The translations under genes were made by a program, and so were the position numbers. Below, piece after piece: positions 62,212 to 64,000 of a DNA stretch of 64,000 nt. Within the stretch, counting starts at the first letter, position 1. The number at the start of each line of letters is the position of its first letter. Source of the DNA: Xylographa opegraphella (taxonomy: Eukaryota). The stretch lies in the NCBI GenBank assembly GCA_022813865.1, contig JALDZX010000014.1:1-64000 (forward strand). Direction: 5' to 3'. The notes under the pieces are model-generated. The model saw only the letters and a program-made list of their open reading frames with translations. It was not told the DNA's origin and did no database searches.

Positions 62212-62564
62212 GGGTGTGGGGAGGATGGGGAGTGGGTGGGTGCTAGTATTCGACGCTGTGAGGATTGGAAAGGTGGTCTTGAGCCATGGTGACCCGAGAG
62301 CACGTAACGCGTGACATCCCAACGGATATAAAGGCGCTGGCGGGGCCACGAGTCTTGATCGTCTACATTAACGAACCAAGAACGCCGGGCATTTCCACAA
62401 TAACGCCAGTCATTGACATCGTCGTCCTGTGGTAGTAACCTCCTCTCCACCACGGCCGTAGTGAAGTGGTCCCAACCTTCAGGACTCCTCGCTAGAACGT
62501 GGCCAACTATCGAAGCACCTTGACGCCTCAGAGTACCAACACCCCTAATCCCAATCAACCATCA

Positions 62565-64000
62565 TCAAGCTGGATCTGTATCGAATAGAGCCGCCCCTAG
62601 GTCATCCACTCCGATCTCTTCGAGCGGGTGTTGCTCCCCGCCCCTGAGATAGTCAATCACAGCACCCGTGGGAATGTATCTCGGGTGTCCACCGTAATCA
62701 AGCTCCGGACGATGTCGCAACCCGAGTTCACAAGCATCCAGACCAAGGTCAAGATATTTCAATTTCTCGATAAAATCAACCCAGTTGCTGTCCATGAAGA
62801 ATACATCGTTCAAGCTGAGACGTCTCAGAACTCCGCGGTGACGAGCCTAGTTGACATAAACACTGAGTCAGCATTGCGTTTTTATCAATTCTTTCACCGT
62901 TGGAGCACGTTTAACCCTTTCAAGTAGTAGAATACCCTGAGTATTCATGACTTCATTCCGACTTTGTGTAGGAAAATGGGAGATGATAGGAAAAGGGCTG
63001 TCACTTACGGCGAAGTCTAACACGGTGGATTGAAGACAGCGTACGGATGTGAGGCGTAATTCTTGTAAATTTGGAAATGTGAGTTTGTCTTTAACATTGA
63101 AAAGTCAGCACGGCCGCACACTTTCATCTTCCGAGACCATTGGCATACCGAATATATGATTGAGCTGGACGTCATTGCCCGGCCGTCTATATGCACACCG
63201 AAAGTTCAAGTGCAAGAACTCCAAGCCCCTGGAGAAACCAAGTGCCCATTGCAGTCTCGATTGGCACTCGAGATAGTTATCTTGATTTGTTAGCTGGCCT
63301 GGCGCGACCGCCCAAGTATCGTCCTGGTCATCTCCAATTCTGACAGTGAGCTGTATACTCTTCAAATTCTCGAAAAGACGACCGCATCGTCCCACTGATT
63401 CAACCTCGGTTCCGAATAGTTCAGGGGAGAGCCGTAATTCTTCTTGGTCTGTTGGATGTCCAATAGATATAGATCTGACTTGCTGAGCAATATTTGGTGA
63501 GGAAATCGCAGTCAAGAAATCAACAACGCCTTGGTGACACACGTCGTTGTGCGCTCTAGTCCTATCATCCCGCCTCCAAAGAACTCTCGCTTGGGGTGGT
63601 ATCATGTGGATATCTGTCACTCGGCGGTCCGGACGATGAACAATGCTACGATGAAGCGGTATAAATCGAGTTCTTGATCGTCCGCGGATGCTGACATGTA
63701 TCAATTGTGGCATCTTGGCGAAGACATGAGCAAGGCATTCCATATCAGCGTTGCTGTCTCGACATTCCTTTTGCTCGCGATAGTATCTAGCATACGACTG
63801 GAAGCTTTCGCGTGCAAGACCTTTGGTAAGGAGAGTCCCTTCTCCAAAAGCGTACAAGGGAAGTCGTCGCAGCTCGTCAACATAGGAAGTCTTGTCGGTG
63901 ATCAGTGCCTGATCGAACATTCTGCAGTCATAGACCAGTTCGGAAACATGCTTGCTGAAGACAGGGTGGTTGGAAATCGCGACCAGGACGTCTATATCTC
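62565..64000 (-). CDS. 5'-truncated hypothetical protein, fungal F-box/LRR-like type
   Basis: The ORF runs in from the window edge (..AISNHPVFSKHVSELVYD..). An intron GTATGC..GCTGAC..AAG at about 63088-63148 leads to LTFPNLQELRL. An intron GTAAGT..CTAG at about 62848-63008 leads to ARHRGVLRRLSLNDV..DPA*. Confidence 0.65.

Noticed and set aside
1..64000. CRISPR arrays, tRNA genes, TPP riboswitch, transposase or reverse-transcriptase ORFs
   Set aside because: None was recognised by eye. The repeats lack unique spacers and the context is eukaryotic. tRNAscan and Rfam scans would be needed to exclude small RNAs.

Overview
Eukaryotic DNA from a filamentous ascomycete (Pezizomycotina), judged from short GT..AG introns with CTAAC/CTGAC branch sites and a dispersed 5S rRNA gene. 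There are three N gaps. About 24 protein-coding loci are visible. A housekeeping block at ~26.7-41.7 kb holds a RUD3-like golgin, GUK1, CDC10, MRPL32, SKI8, RNR1, 5S rRNA and ABZ1. The left flank holds CIA1, an F-box protein, an aquaglyceroporin, a TCP11/SOK1-like protein, an S10 carboxypeptidase, an MHYT membrane sensor and a GPI protein. The right flank holds an alpha/beta hydrolase, a broken methyltransferase, a Zn-dependent formaldehyde-dehydrogenase-like enzyme, a heme-thiolate peroxidase, IPK1, a lipocalin-like protein, sulfite oxidase, a DUF1275 protein and an ECM15-like protein. The best leads are: (1) a head-to-head sulfite oxidase/DUF1275 pair; (2) a frameshifted gene at the left edge built from repeated signal-peptide/dibasic/Gly-rich/GPI-like modules; (3) a ~0.94 kb foldback element with RIP-like transitions; (4) a structured, H/ACA-like RNA candidate in an ECM15 intron; (5) a peroxygenase that seems to lack the canonical distal Glu/Arg pair; (6) a ~130 bp intergenic hairpin. 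Family calls come from motif recognition by eye, and no searches were run.
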